Origin: an uncultured Actinomycetota bacterium
GTDB taxonomy: Bacteria > Actinomycetota > Actinomycetes > Mycobacteriales > Nakamurellaceae
Direction: 5' to 3'
Assembly (NCBI GenBank): GCA_963730295.1
Contig: CAVSRE010000010.1
Location: 5,310-69,309, forward strand
Length of the DNA stretch: 64,000 nt
Positions 46,258-61,766 of this stretch are shown piece by piece. How positions within the stretch are numbered: the stretch's first letter is position 1; every line of letters begins with the position of its first letter. Position numbers and translations under genes: made by a program. The notes under the pieces are model-generated. The model did not search any database. It saw only the letters and a program-made list of their open reading frames with translations, and had not been told where the DNA came from.

Positions 46258-48042
46258 ATGAACGGGGAGTCAACGCTAGTGACCATGCAGGATTCCGAGC
46301 ACGAAAGCGAGTCTGCGCTCGCCGTGGACAGGTCTGTGAGCGACCGCTTGGCGCGGACGTTCTTTGACGCTACGAGTCGGCTTGACCGGGGCATGCTGGG
46401 CCGGGTGGATCGGGTGTCACTGCTGCCCGCGTTGGCGCGGGTCGGCGGGTTCTGGGCGGTGCACCCGAAAAGGGCGATCAGCGGAGCGGGAAGGTATTCC
46501 AAGCGGGTCCTTCAGGCGTCGGGGGCTGCCGCGGGTTTGGCGATCGGCCACGCGGCGACTGGTCCGGTCGAACCCGGTCGGGACAAGCGCTTCGCCGACC
46601 CGGCCTGGACCGAGAACGCCGGCTTCTGGTGGTTGCAGCAGTTGTATCTGTTGCTCAACGCGGCGGCCGTTGGCCTGGTTGAGAATGCCGACGTCACCGA
46701 TATGGATCACCGGAAGGCCGCCTTCGCTGCAAGGACCCTGCTCGACGCGGTCTCGCCGACCAACCTGGCCGCGACCAATCCGGCAGTGCTCAAGCGTGCC
46801 TTCGACACCGGTGGCCGCTCGTTGGCCCATGGGCTGCGCACGTTCGTGCGGGACGTTGCCCACAACGGCGGGCAACCGCATCAGGTCGCGCAGGGTGTCC
46901 ACGAGGTCGGCCGCAACATGGCGGTCACGCCGGGAAAGGTGGTGTTCCGCAACGATTTGATGGAATTGATCCAGTACACGCCGACGACCGGGACCGTGCA
47001 TGAGATTCCGCTGTTGTTCAGCCCGCCGTGGATCAACAAGTACTACATCGTGGACCTGGCCCCGGGTCGGAGCCTGATCGAATGGGCCGTGGGGCACGGG
47101 CACACCGTCTTCCTGATCAGCTACCGCAACCCGGACGAGTCGATGCGGCATGTGCGGTTGGACGACTATCTGTTGTCCGGACCGCTGGCGGCGCTGGACG
47201 TGATCACCGACATCACCGGCTCGGAAAAGGTCAACCTGCTCGGGGTGTGCTTGGGCGGGACGCTGACGATGGCGACCCTGGCATATCTCCAAGCGACGGG
47301 GACGGATCGCATCAAAAGCGCCACGTTCCTGAACACGTTGATCGATTTCAGCGAGCCGGGTGCGTTGGGCGTCTTCACCGACGAGAAAACCGTGGCCAAT
47401 CTGGAACGCACGATGGCCAAGACTGGGTTCCTCACGGGTGCGAACATGCGGAAGGCCTTCGACTACCTGCGGGGTAACGACCTCATCTGGAACTACGTGG
47501 TCAACAATTGGCTGCTCGGCCGGGAGCCACCGGCGTTCGATCTGCTGACCTGGAACGCCGATTCGACCCGGATGCCGGCCGACATGCATTCCTTCTACCT
47601 GCGCAGCTGCTATCTGGAGAATCAGCTGGCCAGGGGCGAGATGGAGCTGGCCGGGCAGCGTCTCGACCCGTCGACGGTCGACCAGGATCTGTACTTCCTG
47701 GCCGCCGAGCAGGACCACATCGCCCCCTGGCGCAGTTCCTACATCGGTGCCCGGTTGCCCAAGGGCGACGTGCGTTTCGTGCTGTCGAACTCAGGTCATA
47801 TCGCGGGCATCGTGAACCCACCGAATCCCAAGTCGCGGCACTATACGGGCGCCACGTCCGACCTGCCGGCGGATCCGGCGGAATGGTTGGCCGGCGCGAC
47901 CATGCACCCGGTGACCTGGTGGGAGGACTGGGCGACCTGGATCGGAGCCCGAGCCGGTGAGGATCGGCCGCCGCCACCCATGGGCAGTACAGCCCACCCG
48001 GTTTCCGGTGATGCGCCGGGCACCTACGTTTTCGGCAAGTGA
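46258..48042 (+). CDS. phaC: Class I poly(3-hydroxyalkanoate) synthase
   Basis: Motifs are PLLFSPPWINKYYIVDL, the lipase-box variant GVCLGG and SGHIAGIVNPP. The start is uncertain (ATGs at 46210, 46258 and 46285). Confidence 0.85.
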   Translation: MNGESTLVTMQDSEHESESALAVDRSVSDRLARTFFDATSRLDRGMLGRVDRVSLLPALARVGGFWAVHPKRAISGAGRYSKRVLQASGAAAGLAIGHAATGPVEPGRDKRFADPAWTENAGFWWLQQLYLLLNAAAVGLVENADVTDMDHRKAAFAARTLLDAVSPTNLAATNPAVLKRAFDTGGRSLAHGLRTFVRDVAHNGGQPHQVAQGVHEVGRNMAVTPGKVVFRNDLMELIQYTPTTGTVHEIPLLFSPPWINKYYIVDLAPGRSLIEWAVGHGHTVFLISYRNPDESMRHVRLDDYLLSGPLAALDVITDITGSEKVNLLGVCLGGTLTMATLAYLQATGTDRIKSATFLNTLIDFSEPGALGVFTDEKTVANLERTMAKTGFLTGANMRKAFDYLRGNDLIWNYVVNNWLLGREPPAFDLLTWNADSTRMPADMHSFYLRSCYLENQLARGEMELAGQRLDPSTVDQDLYFLAAEQDHIAPWRSSYIGARLPKGDVRFVLSNSGHIAGIVNPPNPKSRHYTGATSDLPADPAEWLAGATMHPVTWWEDWATWIGARAGEDRPPPPMGSTAHPVSGDAPGTYVFGK

Positions 48043-48106
48043 CCGCGCTTTCTTGCTCCGCAACCCAAAGGCAGCATCCACCAACAACGCAACGCAAGGG
48101 GAAGTA

Positions 48107-48853
48107 ATGTCCGACCGTTACAGCGTGTCCAAGGCCGTCGTGACCGGCGGGGCTCAAGGCATCGGCGCCGCGATCGCGCAGCGACTGGCCGCCGATGGGC
48201 TGTCCGTCACCGTGCTGGACGTCAACGAGGCGGGAGCCCGCGCGACCGCGGGCCGGATCTCCGCCCAAACCGGTTCATCGGTGTTCGGATTCGGCTGCGA
48301 TGTCACCGACCGTCAAGGTGTGCGGGCCGCGTTCGCGGCCGCGGCCGATGCGATGGACGGCCTGGACACCTACATCGGCAATGCCGGTATCACCCGTGAC
48401 CGGATGTTCCACAAGCTCACCGACGACGACTGGGACACCGTGATCGCGGTCAACCTGACCGGGGTGTTCAACGGCCTGCAGGCCGCCGCGCCCTGGTTGC
48501 GGACCGAGGGTCCGGGTCGGGTGGTGCTGATTTCCTCGTTGGTGGCCAAGGCCGGCAACCTCGGGCAGATGAACTACATAGCCTCCAAGGCCGGCATCAT
48601 TGGCCTGGTGCGATCCGGTGCGACGGAGTTGGCCCGCTTCGGGACCACCGTGAACGGGATCCGACCAGGGTTCATCGAGACAGAGATGACCGCGAAGATG
48701 CCACCAGCGGCCCAGGCCAAGCTCACCGCGAACCCGCTCGGGCGGGCGGGGCAGCCGGCCGACGTCGCCGGAGCCGCGGCGTTCCTGTGCTCGAGCGACG
48801 CCGACTTCATCACGGGCAGCGTCCTGGACGTCAATGGCGGGCTCGCGTTCTGA
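48107..48853 (+). CDS. SDR-family 3-oxoacyl reductase (acetoacetyl-CoA reductase PhaB/FabG-like)
   Basis: Motifs are VTGGAQGIG, NAGI and YIASK (YxxxK). AAGGGGAAG lies upstream of the ATG. It sits directly downstream of phaC. Confidence 0.8.
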   Translation: MSDRYSVSKAVVTGGAQGIGAAIAQRLAADGLSVTVLDVNEAGARATAGRISAQTGSSVFGFGCDVTDRQGVRAAFAAAADAMDGLDTYIGNAGITRDRMFHKLTDDDWDTVIAVNLTGVFNGLQAAAPWLRTEGPGRVVLISSLVAKAGNLGQMNYIASKAGIIGLVRSGATELARFGTTVNGIRPGFIETEMTAKMPPAAQAKLTANPLGRAGQPADVAGAAAFLCSSDADFITGSVLDVNGGLAF

Positions 48854-49023
48854 GGGAACCGGGCCAGCGATTCCGGTTGCTCTCGGATACCGGGACCGCC
48901 GACGGACAACCGACCGAACGAGTGATCGAGGCCGGATCCACACTGTCCGTCCCAGGCCGCACGGTCCTCGTCGCCGTCGGTCCCCGATGACCCACCCCGA
49001 TCCGGTCAGGCTCGTCACCACGC

Positions 49024-51654
49024 TCAGTGCAGCCGTCGCGCGCCGTCCGGCTTCGACAGACTGGGGCCGATCCGGCAGGTGGCGCTCGTCACCGCCACAC
49101 CGGCCGGGCCGGCAAGCACCGGTCGTAACTCCAGGTCGGACACCTCCGGCAGATCGTCCGCGAGCGTCGAGAGTCGCAGGGCCAGGTCCATCAGGGGTTC
49201 CCGGGCAACCACCCGCGCGCCCCGGTAGCCGTTCAACAATGGTTCGGCACGCGGCGCAGCGATGAGCTCCCGCGCATCGACGTCGGTCAGCGGCACGGCC
49301 CGGTACGCCCGGTCGTCGAGCAACTCGGTCGCTGTGCCACCGATCCCGAACGAGACCAACACGCCGAATGACGGGTCAGCGGTGATCGCGAAGACCGTGG
49401 ACACCTCTGCGCGGTCGCGCGGCGCCATCGCCTGCACGTACAGCCAAGGGCCGGCGATCGCCGACAAGTCCTGGTAGGCGGCCCCTACTTGCTCGGTGTT
49501 GATCAGACCGAGGCGCACACCGGGGCGGTCCATCCGATGGCGTAGTGAATCATCGAACGACTTCAGAGCCACCGGGTAGCCGATATCGTCCGCCGCCGCC
49601 ACCGCCTCGCTCAGGCTGCCGATTGCGCGGTAGGTCAGCATGGGGATCCCGTAGCAGCGCAGCAGCCTGGTCAGTTCGGCGTCCGTCATCGCCCGCGCCG
49701 GATCGTCCGGATCACGCAGCTGGGCCAGCAATGTACGGGCCGCCTCGGTGTCGACCCCGGGCGGTCCGGGGACGGTACCGGCCGGCCTGGTCAGCCACAG
49801 ACCATATCGAACCGCGTGGGCCAGAGCGTCCACCGCGCGCTCGGTGGTGCGGAACGACGGCACCGAGCCGCGAGTGCCGTCGGCGGCCGTCGGGAAGGTG
49901 CTGAGCACCGGCACGGTGGCCTCGTTGACCGCTGCCCGCAGGGCGGCCGCGTGCGGCTGACCGGTGGTCGCGACGATCGGCACGTACACAACGAGGAGCG
50001 CGTGGACATCGGGGCGGGCCACCGCCGCTCGCACGGCCGCGGCCAGGTCTTCCGGGCTTACGTACACCCCGAGGTCCCGGGGATGGCCATCGGCGATCCG
50101 TAGCCCGGCGTACAGGCAGGCATCGACCGCCAGCATGCCCAGGGCAGTCGAGTTGCCGATGATGGCGACTCGGTCACCGCGGGGCACCGGCTGGCTGCTC
50201 AGCAGTTGAGCGACATCGAACGCGGCGGTCAATGTCTCGGTCCTGATGACGCCGGACTGCGCGAACAGACTGGCCACCGCGACCCCGGATATCGGGGCCG
50301 AGTTGGGCCCCCGTCCCGGGATCACCGTCGCGTGACGGCCGGTCTTCACCGCGATGACCGGTTTCGTTCGGGCCAGCACCCGAGCCAATCGGGCAAACTT
50401 GCGCGGATTGCCGAACGACTCGAGGTACAGCAGGACTACCTCGGTCCGGTCGTCACCCTGCCAGAACTGGAGCAGGTCGTTGCCGGAAACATCGGCCCGG
50501 TTGCCGGCCGAGACGAACGTTGACAGGCCGAGCCCACGGGCCGCGGCGTCGGCGAGGATCGCGATGCCGAGCGTGCCGGACTGGCAGAAGAAGCCTATCC
50601 GGCCCGGTGGCGGGACCACCGGGGCCAGGGTCGCATTCATCCGCACCGACGGATCCGTATTGACCAGACCCAGGCAGTTCGGTCCGACCACCCGCATGCC
50701 AGAACCGCGGGCCAGCGCGACCAACTGCCGTTCCGCGGCGGCACCGACCAGCCCGTCCTCGGCCAAGCCCGCCGGCATCACCACCAGGCCGTATACCCCC
50801 TTGGCCCGGCATGCCTCGACGACGCCGGCGACGGTCGAGGCCGCCACCGTCACAACGGCGAGGTCGACCGGATCCGGGATGTCGGTGACCAAGGCATATG
50901 CCCGCACGCCCTGTACCGACAGGCTGTCCGGATGCACCGGATAAACCGGTCCGGAGAAATTGCCGAACAACAGACTTTCCAGCACGACGTGGCCCATTGC
51001 GGTGGGCTCGTTGGACGCTCCGATGACCGCGATGGACCGCGGCGAAAGCAGCCGGGCGATCGAGCGAGCCTCCGCCCGGTGTTCTCGGGTGGTGATCACC
51101 GCCTGCGACTTCTTGGTGGGTTCGATGTCGAATACCAGGTCGATCAGGCCCGAGTCGTAGGTCCGGTGGACGGCGTAGCCGGCGTCGACGAACACCCTGA
51201 GCATGGTGGTGTTCTGGCTGAGCACCTCGGCGGTGAAGCGGCGGATTCCGCGCTCCTGGGCGGCCGCGGCCAAGTGCTCCAGCAGGATCGAACCGAGCCC
51301 ACGGCTCTGCTGCGAATCCTCGACCAGGAAGGCGACCTCGGCCGCATCGGTGTCCCCACTGCGGTAGCGGTGGTAGGTCGCGGCCGCGATCATCTCCCCG
51401 CCCAATTCGGCGACCAGCCCGACCCTGGAGTCGTAGTCGACGTCTGTGAAGATCGCGACCTTCTGCTCAGACACCGTACTGACCGGCGAGAAGTAGCGCA
51501 GGTAAAGCGTTCTCGCGCTCAACCGGCTGTGCATTGCGCGGATGGCAGCCTCGTCGGCCCGACCGGAGGGCCGCAAGTGAACGACACCGCCGTCAATGAG
51601 GAGGACGTCGGCCTCCCAATGGTGGGGGTACCCGACCATCGGTGCAGCGGTCAC
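49024..51654 (-). CDS. Pat-like protein acetyltransferase: N-terminal GNAT fused to an NDP-forming acyl-CoA synthetase-like region
   Basis: 876 aa. The GNAT motif is VEDSQQSRGLGSILLEHL. This is followed by the CoA-binding domain SIAVIGASNEPTAMGHVV...VYPVHP and a C-terminal ATP-grasp-like part. Confidence 0.85.
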   Translation of the reverse strand: MTAAPMVGYPHHWEADVLLIDGGVVHLRPSGRADEAAIRAMHSRLSARTLYLRYFSPVSTVSEQKVAIFTDVDYDSRVGLVAELGGEMIAAATYHRYRSGDTDAAEVAFLVEDSQQSRGLGSILLEHLAAAAQERGIRRFTAEVLSQNTTMLRVFVDAGYAVHRTYDSGLIDLVFDIEPTKKSQAVITTREHRAEARSIARLLSPRSIAVIGASNEPTAMGHVVLESLLFGNFSGPVYPVHPDSLSVQGVRAYALVTDIPDPVDLAVVTVAASTVAGVVEACRAKGVYGLVVMPAGLAEDGLVGAAAERQLVALARGSGMRVVGPNCLGLVNTDPSVRMNATLAPVVPPPGRIGFFCQSGTLGIAILADAAARGLGLSTFVSAGNRADVSGNDLLQFWQGDDRTEVVLLYLESFGNPRKFARLARVLARTKPVIAVKTGRHATVIPGRGPNSAPISGVAVASLFAQSGVIRTETLTAAFDVAQLLSSQPVPRGDRVAIIGNSTALGMLAVDACLYAGLRIADGHPRDLGVYVSPEDLAAAVRAAVARPDVHALLVVYVPIVATTGQPHAAALRAAVNEATVPVLSTFPTAADGTRGSVPSFRTTERAVDALAHAVRYGLWLTRPAGTVPGPPGVDTEAARTLLAQLRDPDDPARAMTDAELTRLLRCYGIPMLTYRAIGSLSEAVAAADDIGYPVALKSFDDSLRHRMDRPGVRLGLINTEQVGAAYQDLSAIAGPWLYVQAMAPRDRAEVSTVFAITADPSFGVLVSFGIGGTATELLDDRAYRAVPLTDVDARELIAAPRAEPLLNGYRGARVVAREPLMDLALRLSTLADDLPEVSDLELRPVLAGPAGVAVTSATCRIGPSLSKPDGARRLH

Positions 51655-51788
51655 GAGCAGTCCTCCTGGACGGTGGCAACGGCCCGGTCAGCGGACCCTG
51701 ATATCGCGAGCGGGCGAGAGCGTGTCCCGCAAATGCGGCGAGACTCGCTCTCTGTGAAATTGGCGTTTCACGACTTCGTCGGAGGCGA

Positions 51789-52973
51789 CTAGTTGCGTAG
51801 GACGTGGGCATCGAGCCCGTGCAGAGGATAGATGACGTTGCGGGTCTCCCGAATGGCGTGATCGACAGCCAACTCGACCGTCCCGTCCCAGTGCTGGAAG
51901 GTCACCGGATTCGTTGCACCGTCGGACATGTCGATCGGCAGGGGGATCTCCGGACAGGCCGCGGCCGCCCGCGCGAGCCAGGCGTCGGGCAACGGTGTGG
52001 CGGGGTCGATGTCGTGGCCGGACACGATCGCCAGCAGATGGGTCCACGATCGGGGCACCACTCGCACCAGCGAATACCCGCCACCGCCCAGCGCGAGCCA
52101 TCGACCGCCGGTGACCGTTTCGGCAAGCTCACGGAGCGCCAGGTACGACGTCCGCTGGCCGTCGACAGTCAGGTTCAGGTGGGTCAGCGGGTCCTCGCGG
52201 TGCGAGTCCGTGCCGTGTTGGGTCACCAGCACTTCGGGCCGAAACGCCCGCACGACCGCAGGCACCACGGCATGGAAGGCCCGAAGCCATGATGCATCCG
52301 TCGTGCCGGCCGGTACCGCGAGGTTGACCGATGTGCCGCGCGCCTGACCCCGCCCGTACTCGGAGAGCCACCCGGTGCCTGGAAACAGCGTCAACGGTGA
52401 CTCGTGGATGGACACGGTCAGCACCCGCGGATCGGCATAGAACGCGGACTGCACGCCGTCGCCGTGGTGGGCATCGACGTCCACATAGGCCACCTTGCGC
52501 ACGCCCGCCTCGAGTAGCGCCGCGATGGCCAGCGCCGCGTCGTTGTACACGCAGAACCCGGACGCGTAATCGGCCATCGCGTGGTGCAGGCCACCGCAGA
52601 AGTTGACCGCGCGATCGACCTCCCCCCGGGCGATCGCCCGTGCCGCGGTCACCGATGCTCCGACGATCAGGGCCGCGGTGTCGTGCATGCCTTCGAAGAT
52701 CGGATTGTCCCCCGTGCCGAGCCCGTGACCGACCGAGAATGGGAAGGCCGTTCGGGAGGCCCTGCGCACGGCGTCGATGTAGCCCGCGGTATGGACCATA
52801 CCCAAGGTCGGGACGTCGGCCGGTTCCGGAGCTGCAACCTCGAAACCGTCGATGACGCCCAGGGTCCGCGACAGTAGCCAGGTGAGTTCCCACCGCAGCG
52901 GTTGCAGCGGGTGATTCAGACCAAGGTCGTAGCCGAGCATCCGTGGATCCCACATCACCAGGGGCGGACTCAC
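51789..52973 (-). CDS. Histone-deacetylase-family protein (AcuC-type deacetylase)
   Basis: Motifs are GGLHHA, YVDVDAHHGDGVQ and IHESPLTLFPGTG. It lies directly upstream of, and co-directional with, the Pat-like gene. Confidence 0.85.
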   Translation of the reverse strand: MSPPLVMWDPRMLGYDLGLNHPLQPLRWELTWLLSRTLGVIDGFEVAAPEPADVPTLGMVHTAGYIDAVRRASRTAFPFSVGHGLGTGDNPIFEGMHDTAALIVGASVTAARAIARGEVDRAVNFCGGLHHAMADYASGFCVYNDAALAIAALLEAGVRKVAYVDVDAHHGDGVQSAFYADPRVLTVSIHESPLTLFPGTGWLSEYGRGQARGTSVNLAVPAGTTDASWLRAFHAVVPAVVRAFRPEVLVTQHGTDSHREDPLTHLNLTVDGQRTSYLALRELAETVTGGRWLALGGGGYSLVRVVPRSWTHLLAIVSGHDIDPATPLPDAWLARAAAACPEIPLPIDMSDGATNPVTFQHWDGTVELAVDHAIRETRNVIYPLHGLDAHVLRN

Positions 52974-53906
52974 CTTCGACGGCCGATCAGCGAACCGGCC
53001 CGAACCCCGGCGACCGACGACAGCGGCTCTGGCTGAGCCACTCGATGTCCGTGCGCCGTCATGGCGAGGCCTTTCCTGAACTGAACAAGTGGGCTTCGGT
53101 CGCCCGTTCGAACGGCGGACACTCGGCGAGCGAACCGGCCCAACCAGTCGACGCGCAACTTCGGCTGCCCGGCAGAGTCAAAGGTCCCGGAAAGCGACCG
53201 ATGTGTCCATCAGCCCGTGTCAATGGGGTCGTGGGATTTGCTGCCTTGTAGTCGACGCAACGGGTTCATCCGCGGTTGGATCGGACAAGAAGTCGATCTT
53301 CAACGACTTCCGGTTCGGAACCTGGTTCGGCACAATAATCGACGCTCAGGGGTACTGGTCGGGCAAGGCGAGACCCGGCCGCTAACCTTTGCGAATGGCG
53401 GACACCACGGACCCAGGGGATTTCGCTGGGTTTTACAAACCGCGGTGTCAACCGCACGGAGGTGCCGGGATGATCGCAGATGGACACTGGATAGACCGGG
53501 TAGGAGCACGGTTGGAGCTTTGTCCTGGACGCCGAACTCCTTTGCCGAAAGGCCTCCTACCGGAAGGCGAACGAGCGAACCGTGAACGTTCGCTCAATCA
53601 GTCGTGAATGGCCATCAGGACTGGGATCTGGATGACTTCTGTGTGGCAACTCTGAGAGAGTCCTTTCCATTTGTTGACTCGGAACGACTCCATGAGGCGG
53701 CCCTCGTTTGGTCTCAATCGCTTCGACTCTCCACCGAAGGCGGTGGTGTGACTTTCAACGACGCACGGGACATGGCTGCTGCGCTCACCCGCGACCTGGA
53801 CTCGGGAGTCAACGATATTGGCGGTGCCGGTGCGGAGGTTTCTTCCAATCTTGACCGAACGGGCCTCGAGGAGATTCCGCCACCAGCCAACGTCACAAGA
53901 TCGGGC

Positions 53907-59420
<5,514 letters not shown>

Positions 59421-59718
59421 TCGAACGGGGCGGCGAAGGCGGCACGCGGTCATGTCGCCGCCTGACCGACCCAAGGGGCATATTGCGCGGGCGGGGTGCA
59501 GGCTGGGCTGTGTCGCACTCAACTATCCGATCGGCGGCGGCCGGTCGCCAGGTGCAGGGTATCGCCCTGCGACGGCGCCGGCACTCAGGGCATTTTGTGT
59601 ACCACTATTGCGGAGGAGCGGCCATGGCCCACCCCAAGTACGGTGCGATCGGGGATCGGCAATCGCCATCGAGCAATGGACGCGGCACATCGGTGTCCTT
59701 GAGTCGGGGGCGGTCGGT

Positions 59719-61215
59719 ATGACCACCGACCTGACTCGGACGAGCAAGGTAGCCCCATCACCGCGTCGGCCGGCGGTTGTTCCACCAAACGGTGATGAAG
59801 TTCAACAGGTCGAGATCGAGCCCGTGTCCATCAACCTGCTGGGCAGTGCCCTGCAACCCGCGCGTTTCGAGCAGCTTCGTGCCGTCGCCGAACGGGCGGG
59901 GCCACTCCTCGGTGGTCGAATCGTCTGGAACATCAACTCGACCGCGCACGGCGGTGGCGTGGCCGAGATGCTACAGACGTTGCTGGCCTACGGGCGCGGC
60001 GCCGGTGTCGACACCCGATGGTTGGTCCTGCTGGGCGACACTGAGTTCTTCGCGATCACCAAGCGCTTGCACAACCGGTTGCACGGCGATGCCGGCGACG
60101 GGGGGCCGCTCGGCAAGCGCGAGCACAAGCACTACGACAGGATCCTGGTCGCCAACCTGAGGCTGATCAGCACGCTGGTCCGTCCGAACGACATCGTCCT
60201 GCTCCACGACCCGCAGACCGCCGGCCTGGTGCGGGGGCTGCAGGCAATGGGAGCGATCGTCGTCTGGCGCTGCCACATCGGTTGCGACACACAGAACAAT
60301 TACACCGAACAGGGATGGATCTTCCTTCGCGGATACGTGCAGCCGGCCGAGGCGCTCGTGTTCTCGCGCGCCACCTACGCCCCAGAATGGGTGCCCCAGG
60401 ATCGCCTATGGGTGATACCGCCATCGATCGACCCCTTCTCGGCGAAGAACCGGGAAATGGAGGCGAAGGAGGTCGACGACATTCTTCGGCGGGTGGGACT
60501 ACTCGCCGGCATCGACGATCCGGTCCCAATACCCTTCACTCGGCGTGACGGTACGCAAGGATCGATCCGCGAGTACCGGGACCTGATCGGGGACGACCTG
60601 CCCCCTTCCGGATCGGACCGGACGGTCGTCCAGGTCAGCCGGTGGGACCGCTTGAAAGACATGGCCGGCGTGCTTTCCGGTTTCGCCAAGCACCCGACCC
60701 CGGGCGATGTCCACCTGATGCTGGTGGGGCCGAACATATCCGCGGTCACCGATGACCCTGAGGGTGCACTCGTACTCCAGGAATGCCGCTCGCTGTGGCA
60801 GGGCCTTCCGCCGGCGGTCAGGGCGCGCGTCCACCTGGCCTGCCTACCGATGGATGACGTGGACGAGAACGCGTTGATCGTGAATGCCCTGCAACGGCGA
60901 GCGAGCGTCGTCGTCCAGAAGAGCCTGGTGGAGGGCTTCGGCCTGACGGTGACCGAGGCGCTATGGAAGGGCCGACCGGTGATTGCCAGCGCCGTAGGCG
61001 GCATCCAGGACCAAATCACCGATGGGAAGGGCGGTGTCCTGATGGCCGACGCCTTCGACCTCGACGCCTTCGCCGTTGCGCTCCGGGACCTGCTCGGCGA
61101 CCCCGAGCGTGCGGAGCGTCTAGCGGCCGAGGGGCATCAGCGCGTGCTCGAGGAATATCTCGGCGACCGTCACCTCGCCCAGTACGTCGAGCTCTTCGCC
61201 GCCCTCATCGGGTGA
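59719..61215 (+). CDS. GT4-family glycosyltransferase, TreT (trehalose glycosyltransferring synthase)-like
   Basis: NINSTAHGGGVAEMLQTLL at the N-terminus, then HDPQTAGL, SRWDRLKD and EGFGLTVTEALWKGRPVIAS (E-x7-E-type motif). The 5' part of the track ORF overlaps the carboxylase and is Arg-rich, so it was rejected. Confidence 0.75.
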   Translation: MTTDLTRTSKVAPSPRRPAVVPPNGDEVQQVEIEPVSINLLGSALQPARFEQLRAVAERAGPLLGGRIVWNINSTAHGGGVAEMLQTLLAYGRGAGVDTRWLVLLGDTEFFAITKRLHNRLHGDAGDGGPLGKREHKHYDRILVANLRLISTLVRPNDIVLLHDPQTAGLVRGLQAMGAIVVWRCHIGCDTQNNYTEQGWIFLRGYVQPAEALVFSRATYAPEWVPQDRLWVIPPSIDPFSAKNREMEAKEVDDILRRVGLLAGIDDPVPIPFTRRDGTQGSIREYRDLIGDDLPPSGSDRTVVQVSRWDRLKDMAGVLSGFAKHPTPGDVHLMLVGPNISAVTDDPEGALVLQECRSLWQGLPPAVRARVHLACLPMDDVDENALIVNALQRRASVVVQKSLVEGFGLTVTEALWKGRPVIASAVGGIQDQITDGKGGVLMADAFDLDAFAVALRDLLGDPERAERLAAEGHQRVLEEYLGDRHLAQYVELFAALIG

Positions 61216-61433
61216 GAGCAGGCGGGCGTCAACTTCCGGGCCCCGGGCGAGGTCTGCCCACCAGGCCGAATCGATCGAAACCGGGAACCCCCAAAACGGC
61301 GTGTCATCCCCCTTCCCGGCAGGCTTCGCGGCGTGATCCTGGCTCGGCCGCGTGCGAACGGCGAGGTCGTCAAGATGGCGCGTTGTTACCACATCCGACA
61401 CGCCGCGCTGACGGCATTGCCAGCGCTCGGCGC

Positions 61434-61688
61434 CTATCGACCTGACGGATCCTCCACGAGCCCCATCACCTCCGAGGCGCCCCCTTCGGCCTCGTACTTG
61501 AACGAGACCTGGAGCTTGATGCGGAAAATGATCACGCCTGCCTCGGTAATCTGGACGTCCTGCTTGACGACTTCGGCAACTCTCAGGTCGCGCAGGGTGT
61601 TGCTGGCCGTTTTCACCGCGGTGGTCGCGGCGTCCCCCCATGACTCGGTGCTCGTTCCGATCAGTTCGGTGACCCGGTAGACACTCAT
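61434..61688 (-). CDS. Dodecin-family flavin-binding protein
   Basis: The pattern is MSVYRVTELIGTSTESWGDAATTAVKTASNTLRDLRVAEVVKQDV...FRIKLQVSFKYE. Confidence 0.8.
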   Translation of the reverse strand: MSVYRVTELIGTSTESWGDAATTAVKTASNTLRDLRVAEVVKQDVQITEAGVIIFRIKLQVSFKYEAEGGASEVMGLVEDPSGR

Positions 61689-61766
61689 GACATTCCTCTC
61701 GGTCGCTGCACCATCACAGTCTGACCGTGCTCATGCTCGGCCGCCCCGTCAAGTCGTGGGCAACGA

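Noticed and set aside
46417-47718. 433-aa minus-strand ORF antisense to phaC
   Set aside because: It is a shadow frame of a gene with unambiguous PHA synthase motifs.
53573-53595. The hairpin contains GAACGTTC, the same core as the operators at 1131 and 1201
   Set aside because: An 8-bp palindromic core recurring once in 64 kb is easily chance. The flanks differ from TAGAACGTTCTA, and the locus is unrelated to the inositol-type genes.
53604-53906. 101-codon in-frame extension upstream of the carboxylase
   Set aside because: Its third-codon positions are A/T-rich, unlike local genes, and the canonical biotin carboxylase N-terminus begins at the ATG at 53907. It is kept only as a leader-region observation.
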